A DNA stretch of 64,000 bases. It comes from the human T2T-CHM13v2.0 reference genome, Homo sapiens. The notes under the pieces are model-generated. The model saw only the letters and a list, made by a program, of their open reading frames with translations, was not told where the DNA came from and ran no database searches. The stretch lies in the NCBI RefSeq assembly GCF_009914755.1, contig NC_060928.1; one strand, 5' to 3'. Below are positions 1 through 13,997 of this stretch, piece after piece; position 1 is the first letter of the stretch; every line of letters starts with the position of its first letter. The translations under genes were made by a program, and so were the position numbers.

Positions 1-61
1 TAGATTAACATCATTAAAACATCAATCTATATTAGAACTTACTAATGATAAGATCAAATCA

Positions 62-358
62 GGCGGGGCTTGGTGGCTCATGCCTGTAATCCCAGCACTT
101 TGGGAGGCCGAGGCAGGCGGATCACGAGGTCAGGAGATCGAGACCATTCTGGCTAACATGGTGAAACCCCATCTCTACTAAAAATACAAAAAAATTAGCC
201 GGGCGTGGTGGCAGGCGCCTGTAGTCCCAGCTACAGGAGGTTGAGGCAGGAGAATGGCGTGAACCCAGGAGGCAGAGCTTGCAGTGAGCCGAGATGGTGC
301 CACTGCACTCCAGCCTGGATGACAGAGCGAGACTCCGTCTCAAAAAAAAAAAAAAAAA
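62..358 (+). mobile_element. AluY-like SINE
   Basis: Full dimer with AluY-type motifs (GAGATCGAGACCATtCTGGCTAAC, GGCGTGAACCC, GAGCTTGCAGTGAGCC) and poly(A) at 342-358. Confidence 0.95.
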
Positions 359-401
359 TCATATTTTAACCATTACGTAAGTGTACTTGTATATTGTAAT
401 G

Positions 402-419
402 GAGAGAGAGAGAGAGAGA
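402..419. repeat. (GA)n microsatellite
   Basis: Run of GA dinucleotides. Confidence 0.85.
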
Positions 420-1439
420 AAGATAGCGTGTATGAATATGAGAGAATGACAGAAGATTTAAAACCAATAGTTATTTTACTGGAATAGGTTTAATTACTGG
501 TATTCTTGAATGCAATCAACAGTAATTCTGTGTTGTGTTTTCTAGATTAGAAGAATTGCTGCTATCTAATGCATCATGTGTTTGAGAATAGACTTCTATG
601 TCAAAGTAAATTTTTTAAAGTATAATTGCTTTATTATAATTACTATTACTGCTGCTATTACTATGATGAATTATGTTAGGGCACAGGAAATTTAACTAAT
701 TTTTCATGGGTCATTATACAGCACTGTCCATTGGTCACATTTGTAAGGCCATATGTGATTTTAACATCCTTTCTGGACTTAAAACTATTACATTATCTGG
801 AAAGAATATTATTATATATTTAAAAATTCTGCTTTCATTGATGCTTCTAAATAGTTTCAGATACCAAATTGCTGTTTTCATAACATCTCTGCTTTAAATT
901 GAAAAAAAAAGACTTCTCAACTTAAGTTCTCTTTGCTTCTAGTTGGTAAGAAACAAAGTTTTTCAATAAACAAAAATTACACAGATGAATACACATATTG
1001 CATTTTAGAATGAAGACATAATGTAACAGCATTATTCACTTAGGGAACATAGAAAAAATAAGTGATTAAAATAATCCTATTATCCAAATGTCATGATCTA
1101 CACTGATTTACTCTATGAAAGGATAGAAAATCAGAAAATTTAAAAATCAATTCAAAAGTTAATACATTAATAAAAGTAAGATCATTTTATTATACTTTGC
1201 CCCAATGATGTTCAAAATGTTATTTATAATAATGATGACTTTTTTGGTTATATTATAACAGAAATATTAAAATAAGAGAAATAGTGTCTATATTGTATAT
1301 TTTATGTTTTCTTTGTGCCACTTATTTTGTATATGCTGTTCTTTTTAATATTTATAATATTTTGACTATATTTTCTTTGTGCTACTTATATCTAATGTGT
1401 GTGCATATCTCTGACTGTATTTTCTCTCTTTTTTGTTTG

Positions 1440-1806
1440 TTTGTTCCTGGTCACACAAATGGACTACGGTTGCCAGGCATTTTTAGTGATGTGTGGCCTC
1501 ACCACTTAAATCCAGTTTATTGAATCTGAAGTGATTTGCTCCTCTTTCTGGACTACACAATAAACACCCTCCAACGTCCCCAGCCATGCTCTTCCCATCA
1601 TTTGGCTGAAAGGGGAGGAATTCAAGGCCTTAGAGTGGGGAAGCTACAATTTGGAAGAATCCTGGAAGCACAGATTACCCTGTGAAGCAGCATCCCCATG
1701 AGGGTCTCTTTCTTCTGTGATATAAGCAAGAAATAAATGAATTGTGCAAATCCAGTGAGATTTAGTCATCTCTGTGTTAAATCAGTTAGCTACTCTGGCT
1801 CATACA
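1440..1806 (+). mobile_element. MLT1-type (ERVL-MaLR) solo LTR, old
   Basis: MLT1-like 3' end (agcaagaaataaa...ccagtgagattt...actctggctcataca); 5' boundary approximate. Confidence 0.6.
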
Positions 1807-2009
1807 TCATCTTCTGGCTGCTTTTGACTCATAGCTTGGTTAAGATGAGGTTATCTAAGGTGTTCATCATTTCAAACCGTCCTTCTTAATATTGCCAAGA
1901 TAATTTTTACGTCAAACAGCCATTTAATGGCAGCTTATTTCTAAATTATTCCTATCTTTCACAGTCTTAATATAGTTCACATTATGACCCTAACTCCATT
2001 GATATTTTA

Positions 2010-2330
2010 TTTTTATTTTTATTATTTATTTATTATTTATCTATCTATTTTTGAGACAGTCTCACTCTATCATCCAGGCTGGAGTGCAATGGTGTGATCT
2101 CGGCTCACTGCATCCTTGGCCTCCTGAGTTTAAGTGATTCTCCTGCCTCAGCCTCCTAAGTAGCTGGGAATACAGGCACCTACCATCATGCCTGGTTAAT
2201 TTTTGTATTTTTGTAGAGACAGGGTTCGCTATGTTTCCCAGGCTGGTCTCGAACTCCTGGGCCCAAGTGCTCTGCCTGCCTCGGCCTCCTAAAGTACTGG
2301 GATTAGAGGCATGAGATACCTCACCCAGCC
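2010..2330 (-). mobile_element. AluJ-like SINE
   Basis: Reverse Alu with a TTTA-rich tail and J-type CTCCTGGGCcCAAG; flanking direct repeat TTGATATTTTA near 1999 and 2335. Confidence 0.9.
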
Positions 2331-2401
2331 ACCCTTGATATTTTAATAAGTTTGTTTTATTTATTTTATTTTTCATGTTTATCTCATCATTGAGCCACTG
2401 C

Positions 2402-2454
2402 TTCTCTCTCTCTCTCTCTCTCTCTCAGCCTCCCCCCTGCCCCCCCCCCCTCCC
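2402..2454. repeat. (CT)n plus poly-C pyrimidine tract
   Basis: Seen directly. Confidence 0.85.
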
Positions 2455-2619
2455 CATACACACACAAATCTCAACATTCCTTCCAGATCATAGTAAAGTT
2501 CACATTCTCTCTAAGCCTTTACTGGCTATCTCCATCCTCTTTACATTTCCGGCCCTCTACATGAAGCCCCCATCTCATCTCCTACCATGTTGTCCCCTTC
2601 ACATTGTCCTTCATGCTCT

Positions 2620-3015
2620 GTTTCCAACACACCAAGTTGTTTCCCTTAGGATGCCAGCACTTATTTACCCATTTTCTCAAGACGCTCTTAACCTAAAACC
2701 CCTTATAGTTTGCACTCTCATGTCATTCAAATTTCTTATTGCCATTTCTTGGAATTTCAATAGCCCTATTTTAAATAGTATTCCCACAGGCTGTTATGCT
2801 GCATCTCTTTATCGTGCTTTGCTTTTTTCTAGTGCTTACAACTATCTGATATTGGTATGTCTGTTTATTTAATTTTATGTTCCCTTCCGTAGAATGTAAA
2901 TTCGCTCAGAGAAGGGGATTGGTCTGTTCTGCACTATGTGTTCACTGTCCAAAGCAGTTTCTGCCCTATAATTGGGGCTCAGTAAAAATCTGTTTAATAA
3001 ACAGATGAATCAATA
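2620..3015 (+). mobile_element. L2 LINE 3' fragment
   Basis: L2-like terminus (tagaatgtaaattc...gttcactg...ctcagtaaaaatctgtttaataaa...gaat). Confidence 0.6.
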
Positions 3016-4309
3016 AGTGTACCCTTCTGAAAAACTATGTTAATGATGATGAAAACCAAAATCAAGAGTTTCAGATATTTTTCCTATTTGTTACCTCATT
3101 TGAGTCTGTTTCTCTCTCTCCCTCCTTCCCTATTTCTCCTTCACATATTACATTCTTTAAACATGTAGATAATGAGGCTTAAAATTACCCTACCCTGTTA
3201 GAACATTGCAGTGGCAAAGGAAGAATCCATACATTTTTACTCCTGAGTATGATACCACGACAATATGCACACAACACCAGTTTGTAGATTCAGTCTTAAA
3301 TATAATACCTAGTCATTACCTCTTAGTGTTTCACCAATATTTTAATATTTGATATTGTTATAACTAGATTATAAATATTTTAAAAGAAAAGATCATAGAT
3401 TAGCATTATAGTAAGAGGTTGCATTTGCTCAAATAGTTCCATTGATTTACTTACCTATTGATTTTTGTTCAGAAAATAAATTCTAGTTTAATGTAGTATC
3501 ATTTAAAGTCTTACTTTAAATGTAACATGGCTTCCTGCTTATATAGAATATATGTTCTACAAATAAAGTACTATTTTCTAGGCTTTTAAAAATAATAAAC
3601 ACATAATGAAATAATAGTAATGTCTTATGCTTGGTGGACAGCAATAACAACCATAAATCTCTTTTCTTGGCAATTCTCCTTAGTCTGAAGTGAATACTGT
3701 TTTGATAAATTAATTGAATAAATAAATGACTAAAATGAATTTTATCATGTCATTTCTTTCAAGTGACACACCATGTGCCACAAAATGCTGCTACCTTTCA
3801 CACATTGGGTGTCCTTTATATTTGGACATATTTTTTGCTCATGCAAAATGTTCTCAAATAGTTGTAAAGCAGAAAGAAGAATAATTTAACATCATGGTAA
3901 TAATTTATGCTGCATTTTTTCTAAAACAAAGAAAAAGCAATCTTTTCTCCACTGCCATATAAGCTATGTATAGGATTTGCATCAAAATATAATGTTTGCA
4001 CTGATACACAATTGTAAGCCCTCTTAGGGACTGGCCTGTTTGAGGTTTCTTGCATACTTTTACATTTTGCCTTTGGATTGCAGACGAAGCTGAAAAATGT
4101 GTGTGTAGATCTTGTTCTTTCTGACTCTTTCTTTGGGATGGCTTCTTTAACTGGATTTTGCCTAGTGTATTACTTACTATATTTTATCCATTCAAGATAT
4201 TTTCCAATCAGCTCCTTTAAAAGGAAAAAAGTGACTATTTATATATTTTTCTTAATCTTTGATTTTAATTATTAACTTCACGAGGTATTTTCAACTTAAT
4301 CAGAAGCCA

Positions 4310-4570
4310 TTCCTAAATCACTTTTCTAAGGAAGCACACTCTTTTGCTAGCATCCTCTGCCATTGCCTTTTTTATTTCTCTTCACAGCTCTGAAGTCACC
4401 TATTTAAGTGTTTTATGCATTTGCTTACTCTCTGCCTTCCTCCTCTGTCATAAGCTTCATGAAACCAGGTACTTTTATCACAGCTTTTGAAATTATTATG
4501 TCCCTATATCCTGGCACATAGTGTGATTAATCAATATTTATTGAATGAGTGAATGGATGGATGGCTGAAT
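4310..4570 (+). mobile_element. L2 LINE 3' fragment
   Basis: cctggcacatag...caatatttattgaatgagtgaatggatgg, a typical L2 tail. Confidence 0.65.
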
Positions 4571-5619
4571 TCATATTTTAATTCTAATTCATTATATCCC
4601 AGGAGAAGTTTTTGGCACAGAACATTAACTAGACTAAATTTACCCACTTTCAAATACATTTATCACACTTTTTTGCTATATATTAATAGATTTTAAATAC
4701 AAAATAAAAACTGTGTTCATATATTAGAAAAAGTGAGTTCAAAAGTAGAGTACTTTTAATCCGACAACTGTTCTCCAATTATTTAATTGTCCAATCTTAC
4801 TATTTAAATATAAATGAAATAACTAATTCAGTTTTTATATTCCTTCAAGTCAAAAGTCATAGTTTATTCCTGCCCTGTCACGTACCTTTCTGGCAAATGT
4901 GCTTTGCATTCTCATTTAGAAACACTGGCAACTTATTTTAAAGTAGTCTATTTGTTCCTTGCTAGTTAAATGTGCGAGACACAGAAATAGAACATTTTGT
5001 GATGGAACAGATGCTGTGGCAATGGTGAGTTTATATGAGGATGCTGATGACAGATGCCACATTACAGCATTAGCCAATTAAAAAAAAATTATGGGTATTA
5101 CTATTTACAATTACTCAAAATGAGCTGGGCTGTGGGCAACCCCGAATGCACAGTCTCACTCTCATGTTCTGTAAGTGATCATGTATTATGGGTGGAATAA
5201 ATATTTCAAGCTAATTTAAAGAGGTATAAAGACAAAGTTATTTTAAGGCAGGTAGCGTGAATCACTTCTGTTAGGTTTCCTCTTAGGGAAGCACTTTATT
5301 CTTTATGACAAGAAGAGAGAAACTAAAGACAAATAAAACTTACTTGGAACAGAATTCATCGACAATGGTTAAGTAACTGAAATATGAGACAAGCAGAAAT
5401 ACTTCAGAAGAGAAAATAAAAGTTATAATATTGATAAGCAAATTTACTGTATTTTATTATTATAGAATTATGTTCTATCCTATATTACTAAAAATAAATG
5501 TATAATTTTCTTAAATATTTTTAGTTGTAATAAAAGGTTATTTATTATGAGAGGACTTTGATTTATATATGTGAAATAATCAAATTGAACATCAATCAAT
5601 ACATTATTATCTATAATCA

Positions 5620-5858
5620 CTATGTTGTACAATAGTTAATAATAATGGATTTTATACATGAAAATTCCTAAAAAAGAAAAGCAGATCTTAAGTGTTCTCA
5701 TCACAAATAAGGGAGAAGTATGTGAAGTAATGAATATATTGATTAGCTTGATTTAATCATTTCACAATGTCTACATACATCCACATATGTTATTATACAC
5801 TGTAAATATTTTTAAATTTTATTTGTAGGTTATTCCTTGTTAAACCTCAGAGAAAAAA
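5620..5858 (+). mobile_element. L1MA/L1MB-type 3' UTR fragment
   Basis: agatcttaagtgttctcatcac...gattagcttgatttaatcatttcacaatgt, an L1M 3' end motif. Confidence 0.75.
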
Positions 5859-5989
5859 TCAGTAAGTATGTGAAGGTCATTTTACAGTCTGTCAATGTTC
5901 AGTTTGACCAGGTTTCCTATCTCTAGCACTGATTATTTCACAATAGAGGTAACTGAAATGAACAAAGTATATTTGCCTTATTCTATGCC

Positions 5990-6470
5990 AAGTTTGAGTG
6001 GGCCTAAACACAGACTCAGAGATGAGAACTTGGGTACAAGTAATATATGGAAGTGGTAATCTAGAAGGTACAAATATGAAAGTAGGGAAAGTGAAGCAGA
6101 AAAGTTTGTGTTAATGAAATTACTGCTGTAGGCTATTGTTGCTTAACCCTCTGTGGCCCCTTTGGGAAACTAGGTAGAAAAGTCTTCAGAACTATCCCTC
6201 CGAAGGAATGGAGGTCTTGCTCTTATTCATTGACCACTTCATTTTCCATGGTTTCAGCGTTGCCTGAGGGAAGGACATTAACTCTCCAAAACCTGTAATT
6301 TGTCCTTTTTTGAATTCAAGCAAGTCTCAAGGTGACAATAGTCCTCAGGCAGACAAGAAGGAATAAGGGTTTGAGATGAATGGCTACAGCTGAGAGTATG
6401 CTGGTAAGTGTCAAATGAAATTGCTCATGAATTCATTTGGGGATGGGGCATCAGCATCCTCTGCTCCAGT
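5990..6470. mobile_element. Old ERVL-type LTR (LTR33/LTR16-like)
   Basis: Resembles recalled motif cagaccctgagatgagg...tgcaagtagtttatttgggaggtgat...; heavily diverged. Confidence 0.45.
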
Positions 6471-6995
6471 GACTTTTGTGTTTTTGTGATATGCATCAAA
6501 GTGACTCCAGGAATGTGTGTGTGTACATATGTGTGTGGTATATATTCTGCATGCTTGTGTGTATACTTTAATTTTGCCTTAATATAAACATTTCTTGAAA
6601 ACATGTATTTCACTGCTAGTAAAGTTTTGAGAAATTAATGAGTTCAACACAAATGGTGGTATATGAGAATAGCTATTGATGTGTTAATTTTGTGACAATT
6701 AACATTTTCTTCTTATTGTAGAAGTACAATATTGTAGGAAAACTTCAAACTAGAGTTATTGGAAATATCATAACTGAACATAAATGTAGTTTTCCTCATA
6801 ACTGTTTTTGTTCTGGTGCCTCCTAAATCTTTCTATACTACTCTGGAGAATTTTCTCTCCATTAGGATGAATATGATTAAGTTCATATTAAGTTAATTTC
6901 CTTATAGTTTAGCATTAAAAACTAGATTTTAATCTACCAATATAAAATTTAGAATTTCTTTTTAGGGTCTTTTATTTATTGTGAGGCAGTTCCTT

Positions 6996-7054
6996 TCCTT
7001 CCTTCCTTCCTTCCTTCCTTCCTTCCTTCCTTCCTTCCTTCCTTCCTTCCTTCC
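6996..7054. repeat. (CCTT)n tetranucleotide microsatellite
   Basis: About 14 perfect units. Confidence 0.95.
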
Positions 7055-8631
7055 TCTCCTCCTATTCCTCCTCCTCCTTCTTCTCATTATTCTTGTCAAA
7101 GATCAGGGGAAAAAGAGAAAAAAATAACTTGCTACATTGATTTGGAACAAAAAAAAAGAATGAGTATAGCTTGAGCTGTGTCCAGATCTGCTTTCTGCCA
7201 TCTCTAGAATACTTGCAGTCTAAGCTCATATAAATGCCACTGAGTGAAAGGAAAAGGTCAGGGGAAACTGGTGGCTGCCGCTTTGTTCAACTTCTAGTCA
7301 TACTAATCTGTGTACAGCCTATCCCTTGAGGCATCAAGCTCTTCCTTGAAATTCTCTGCTTCAGTTTCATTCATTTTCAGTAAAAGAATATTTTCTGAAA
7401 CTCTTAAGATATATTGAAGGTCAGAGGCAGAGCTAAACAGGTGATGCCACTGGGTCTTTTGCAATAATAAATACAAACTTACTATTGGCACTGGGATTTT
7501 CTCATATATTTTTTCTTTCTTTTTAATATCATTAGTATAAAGAAAAAGTAACGATATTCTTTCTATGCTCCTCAAAATCAATAGGATAATCACCTTTTCT
7601 AAGCAATTAAAAGCTTCCAATCAAATAATCAATGTTTATAGAATTTTTGAAAATCACCAATGGTTCCCAAAAACACATTAGAGGTATGAGTAGCTGTTAC
7701 AGATGTAGTGTGTATGTCCCGATGATCCCTTTTCTATCATTGCCAGTCCCCACGTCTTGCTATATTATATTTAGAGCAAGTCTTGTGCCCAAAGTTTATA
7801 TGCAAGGAATTGGAAGAAATCTTATTATACTGCCAGCCAAATAATTGGGACTAGAAATTAAATTTTGAAGAGCTAGACATTCTACCTACAATGAGCAGCC
7901 GTGAAAGAACTAAGTCTGAGCTATCGTCCTGAGTGTCAAAGTTATAGAATTAAAGTACAAATACAAATTCCCCAGGAAGTAGCAGGTCTAAAAAGGCTAA
8001 AATTACAAAATAATCAGAATATGCCAGTATTAAGTTAAAGTGGTACCTGGGCCATCGCCAAGAAAGGATTTATAGGATGTATCACTTACTTTTTTCAGTT
8101 ACCTAACATGCCGACTTATCACCTTAGTTTAAGGCAGCAGGAGAAACAGAGGTGGCAAATTTGAGAGATTCAAATAATTCATGAAAAAATGTGAGAATTT
8201 TAGGAATTTGATATCATTTTGAAATCCAATGAATAAATTGACACAACAATTTTACTCATAGTCATGGAGTTTCTATCTCAGGGAGACTATGCTTTTTTCC
8301 TTTTTGTAGCCTACATTTGCCTTCCTGAACATATCTCTTAAAGATATTGACCTGAAAGGAAGACTGAGCAGAGTTTGTGCCTTTCTGGTATTCACAGTTC
8401 CAGAGCCCAGTGTTCTTCCTTAGATGATGAGATTCAGTCAAACATTTTTCTGCAGTACAGTGTTGCTCTCACAGAAGAACACAATCTCTGCTCGTAGCTT
8501 TTATTGTAAAATTGTTCTTAAGCTTTAAGAGTGAGTGTCCAAGAGCTGCAAAGTGTCTACATCGATAAAGATCATATTTGGATTAAAATTTGAAGCTGTA
8601 ACTTAAGGTTGTTATAGTTTCTATAGTGTAA

Positions 8632-8948
<317 letters not shown>

Positions 8949-9165
8949 AAATGTCTTAATAAATACTAAACCTATGGACTAATAGAAATGGTTTAATAAT
9001 CCATAAATGACACAATAATAACAAACAACATTTTAAATAAATTTAAATATGGAGATCGATTTTAATGAGAAAAAATAGACTTATTGGAGAAATCAAATGT
9101 GTCAAGTTTGAAACTGTAAATATATACCAATAAAATAGAAATTTAGCACATCCACTACATATCAT

Positions 9166-9641
9166 TGTAATGGTTAATTTCATGTGTCAGTAGGCTACAG
9201 TGCACATATGTCTGGTCAAACACCAGTCTTAAAGTTCCTATGAAGGCATTTTTAATGGAATTAGCATTTCAATAGGAAGACTTTGAATAAACAGATCACT
9301 CTCCATAATGTGGATGGGCCTTATCTAATCTGTTGAAGGCCTAAGAAGAAAAGACTGAGGTGCCCCAAGGAAAAATGGAATTCTGTCTCCATACTGCCTT
9401 CAGAGGTGAGCCGCAGCATCGACTCTTCTCTGGATCTGTAGCCTGACAGCCTGACCTGTAGATTTCGTACTTACCAGTAATCACAGCTGTGTGAGCCAAA
9501 TCTTTAAAATAAATTCTGTCTTTATTTTGCTGTCTCATATATATATATATATGGGATATATATATTATATATATCAGATATATATATTATATATATATAT
9601 ATCCCATTAATTCTGTTTCTCTGGAGAATCCTGACTAATAG
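9166..9641 (+). mobile_element. MLT2 (ERVL) solo LTR with internal (TA)n
   Basis: Starts TGTAATGGTTAATTTCATGTGTCA and ends TCTCTGGAGAATCCTGACTAATA. Confidence 0.85.
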
Positions 9642-9694
9642 GATCACCATTATGTGTCATGACAGTAAAATAATTGGAGCTAGAACTTCAGAGA

Positions 9695-9925
9695 GGCACT
9701 GTGGCATGGGGAAAGAGTCAATAGACCACAGTATAAATTCTGCTTGTATTTTACTACTTGTATGTCTTTGAGCATTTAATTAGCCTTCAGAGTATTGATT
9801 ACTTTATCCATAAAATGAAATGGGAGGTAAGAAGTTGGGAATAAGTGCTCCGAGTCATGTTTCAAGGACAGACTGGTAAAAAATTACATGAGAGTTCCTA
9901 GGATAGTGATTTTACATAGTAAGTG
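9695..9925 (+). mobile_element. MIR SINE fragment
   Basis: Degenerate MIR core (tttactacttgtatgtctttgagca...atccataaaatg). Confidence 0.5.
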
Positions 9926-10139
9926 TTTAGATGCCATCTCTTTCCTTTATGATAGGGATAAAACACAAACACAAATTATCTTGTTAAAATCATTGATTGT
10001 AGTATATCTCAGGAGATCAAAACTTTTTAGTATTCTAAAGGTGTTCTTAAATTATTAGCAACAGTCAGTAATTTCAGTGGTAAGTAGTAGAAATTCAGTT
10101 AAGCAGTAAACTATTATATCATTTTGATTGTGGCAAATT

Positions 10140-10720
10140 GAATAAATAAACACCAATGATTTGATAGTGAAGGTGAAGATAAAAAATTGAAAGGAATCTC
10201 TTTACAAAATAATGAGAACTAATAAATGATAAAGTTTGAAAATTCCCATTTTTTAACACTCCATGTTATAACCTATTCAAACATATAATCAGTGAATTGT
10301 AAAATCATTACATGAAATATTTTAGAGAACAAGATATGAACAGGGTGTTCATGTATCTATCCACACATTAATTATTCATTGTAAATTTTAAAAAATGCAC
10401 ATTAAAAAAGTGGCCAAACTCAGGAATACTCACAGAATTATATCCTTACATCATGGTTTTTCCAATGCGGTGCAATATAAAATAGTAAAGATTACCTATA
10501 AAATATTAATTCACAAAATGTTTAGTCTGCATCTATTCCAGCCTCAAGCCCTAACGTTCACTTACAGGAAATAAGAAGATAAAAGAACAAGGCCAACATC
10601 ACAATGAGGAAACAATCACACATATTCAGAATGTTGGACATTCTCCAAGATAACCAGGGTGGAATAATCAATGTCATTTGAAAAAATGAGCAGACTATTT
10701 CATATCAGAAAAAGACTATG
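10140..10720 (+). mobile_element. Ancient L1ME/L1MC 3' region fragments
   Basis: aaaatgtttagtctgcatcta...ttacaggaaataaga...cagaatgttggacattct, an L1ME-like 3' UTR. Confidence 0.5.
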
Positions 10721-11539
10721 AAAGAATAAAGGAATGTAAGTAGCTTACCAAATAGATAAAATTTTATATTATTAATAGTAGAATTATTCAATAATTTGGA
10801 GAAGAAAACTAATGTGCTTTTTCAGAAATGTCATTCTTACAGCAATTTGGAAAAGTGATATATTTGTTTGGCAGTAGTGCTGTGTCTGAGAGAAGTGCAG
10901 GGCCTAAATTAAGTCTACATTAGGAGCCATTACGTTGTGGGACCTTAGATTTGGTGACTGATTAAATGTGATTTCTGAAGGAGTGTGTGAAACATCCTTG
11001 AATCTGCCTTAAATTATACTATCATATAGACACGAAATACAGTGAGTGGCATGATCATAGCAGGGGAAGTAGGGGAACAAAAACAGAGACACTGTGGCCA
11101 TGTTAACCAAAGGTGGTAACTTCAACAGAGCAGTTTCTACACACCTTCCATTACACCTTATACATATGCTTACTGATAATACTGATTATGCTTCATTGCA
11201 GAATTCTTAGTAGACTTGAATTAAGTAGATTTTTAACTAAAATTTATAGGCTGACCCAGTTTCCTTTGCTCATGCTCAGTTTTGGAGACTTATCTACACT
11301 ACTGAGATGCAGCCATTGGAACATGTTCCAGGTTTTACTAGACTATTCAAATATTGGCACAGACATTCCAATGAGACCACATTCATCCACATATGTCATT
11401 GTGGACAGCATGTTATTTAACCATTTTACTAATGATTATGGAATGGGTAGAAAGAGTCAAGTATACCAGAGATATAGTATTTATTCTCATTAAGAAATTT
11501 GTATTCTATAGTACTTGACCAAAAGCCATGGGACAACTG

Positions 11540-11562
11540 CACACACACACACACACACACAC
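11540..11562. repeat. (CA)n microsatellite
   Basis: Seen directly. Confidence 0.9.
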
Positions 11563-12641
11563 GTACTAAATTCTAAGGTGCTACTGATTGTAACACATAT
11601 GGTTATTTTATATAATACAGTGAAAATAAGAATTATCAAATTATGCATAATTTAAAAATGCATCTCAAAGTTCAGTAATACCATACATCCATTTAAATAC
11701 ATCCATTTAAAAATGCATCTCTAAGTCCAGTAATACCATATTGGGGGATTTAATGTGTCCTGATATAGACAAAATGCTTTGTTTCAATATAGTGCATATC
11801 ACTGTTTTAACACAGTGGGTTGACCACATTAATTGAAATAAGGGGATTAGTAAGGCTTAACAGAAAGAAAATTGGCTAGTTCTACTCAAAGGATTAGAAG
11901 TTATCAGACCATGATCAAAAGAGGTTGCTTTTGTTTACCTGTTTGTTTTTTCATTTTGTCATCTTAGCTATTACTTCACAGAGATACCAGAACAAACAGG
12001 AGAAAGTACAATATTTATATCTGTATTTGATAGAATTTAGATTTGAGAATGGAGAGAGATGCAGAAATGTACATGTGGGTTTATGCAGACATTGAAGAGT
12101 CAAAATTCCTTCCAGTATTTGTATTGATTACATTCTGTAGGTTATGGATGGATCCTCACATAGGTTGAGTGGGCTAGACAAGACAATATTGCTTGAGCAC
12201 TGGCCTGACAAGTGAGAAAGTGGAGAAGGAAACAAAGAAAAGCCTCAACAAACACATGGAAGCATGAAAGAAATGGCCTCTTTGGACCATTATCTATTTT
12301 AGTATTGCGGACTATATATTATAATGGTGGATGATTCTGAAAATGAGGCTAGGCAGTTAGGCAGAGTCATACCATGTAGGAATGTATGTCATCCTAAGGA
12401 ATTGAACTTTATACTTTTAATTAATGTGTGGTTATTGCTTTTATTTTTATAAATAATAGCTTTTGTGATGATAAAAATAATACATTATCAATAAAAATAA
12501 GATTCTCAGTATAATATTTTCACCTATATAAGAGTATAAGGAAAAAGTTAAAAGTTATCTCAAATATACAACTCAGCTACACCACTGTTACCAATTTGAG
12601 AACTATTCTTTCCAATATTTCTCTGAGTAAGCAACACTAAT

Positions 12642-12669
12642 ACACACAGACACACACACACACACACAC
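12642..12669. repeat. (CA)n microsatellite
   Basis: Seen directly, one interruption. Confidence 0.9.
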
Positions 12670-12875
12670 GCATGCATAATTGCTCCATATCCTCTTTAAT
12701 CTTAAGGAGTTTTTTAGGTAAGTACTGTATTTCATTTGTGTGTTATATATTATATATTAAAGTAAATATGTATGCTATATATCATATTATATATTTATTT
12801 ATAATATAAAGATTATATTTATATGATTTATATATGAATGTAGATTCTAGAAGATACATGTGCTATGATTGAGGG

Positions 12876-13039
12876 TCTGCAATCTTTCACCATTATTGCT
12901 TTATTTATTATACCAAGGAACATGACAAATGTTTGCAATCTGACTTGACCATTTTTACTGTCTTTGCTGTGCTTGTTTTTTTATTGTTTTTCTTTCTTTT
13001 TTTAAATTCTCGGTTTTTGAATTTTCTTTTGAATATTTG
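12876..13039 (+). repeat. Local direct duplication, copy 1 (partner 13998-14148)
   Basis: tctgcaatctttcaccatt.ttgctttatttattataccaag...catgaca.atgtttgcaat.tgacttga shared with partner. Confidence 0.9.
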
Positions 13040-13997
13040 CATTATTACATTTTTAAATTTTAGCATCCTAGTGAATATCTAACAACAGAATCATTATTAT
13101 CTGCAAATGAAACTATTTTTCTATAAAATCGTCTTGTATAAGATACATATTTTCCCACAGAGGCTACATAATGTGTGCATGAAGTTTCAGATATATTTAA
13201 TAGGCTATACTTGGTCACTCTGGAGATAATCTGTAAAAATAAGGCATAGTTTTTTGCTAGCAAAAAACAAAATAGAATGTGATCAACATTTCAAAAGGAC
13301 TCTTACATGCTCTATTCAAGCACTACTGACAGTAAAAATAGCATGGTTACCAGCATGGAGACAGAACTCCCCAGTTATCTGATTCATCCATGTAGCACTT
13401 TATTATGTGCCAGGCCCTGTAGGGGTGCTCAATATTAATGGTGATGCCATTGTGGCAAGTGCATACTGATGACTTACAGCCTTTGAAATGTCATATATAC
13501 TCATATCCACATGAAATCTATAAGTGTGTATTTAAAATACAAAGTCACATTTTTCAAGTAAACTTTGGAAAATGCAAAATAAAAAGCTGAACAGCCTCTA
13601 CTGCAGTTGATGTTTTGGTCATACAGACAACATCTAATTTATTTATTTTGAATTGATTTTACTAGTTTATGATTTTATAATGTCATATGTTAATTTATTT
13701 ACAGATCATAGCTGTGGTGCTGAGAACATAACCTACTCCCATTGGTTTCCAACAACTGAGACCTTGAACAGTGACTTCTTAGCTGTAAATCCCAGAATCT
13801 TCTGTTTCAAATCAATTCTTCAGGAAAAAGAGGACAAAATATAAACCCAAGTGGAGAGAGTACTAAAAGACACAAGATTTTTTTTTAGAGAATTTATCAA
13901 TCTAATATGAGCAATTAATTATTTATGATGGTTCCTATGTTTCACAGAGAAGTTGAAGAAATAAGATTAGAACCATCTTATGGGCTCTGGGTAAGGC

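Noticed and set aside
122-343. Alu-derived ORFs (also 2062-2376, 40913-41351, 57465-57869, 59988-60523)
   Set aside because: Typical Alu translation artefacts.
2375-2872. 165-aa ORF
   Set aside because: Runs through CT/poly-C and L2-derived pyrimidine-rich sequence, with no recognisable domain.
7303-7620. 105-aa minus-strand ORF with a protein-like C-terminus (NETEAENFKEELDASRDRL)
   Set aside because: Non-ATG start, no recognisable homology and no convincing splice sites.
11113-11493. 126-aa ORF in unique sequence (also 31544-31900)
   Set aside because: Non-ATG start, AT-biased composition, no domain; length compatible with chance in 64 kb.
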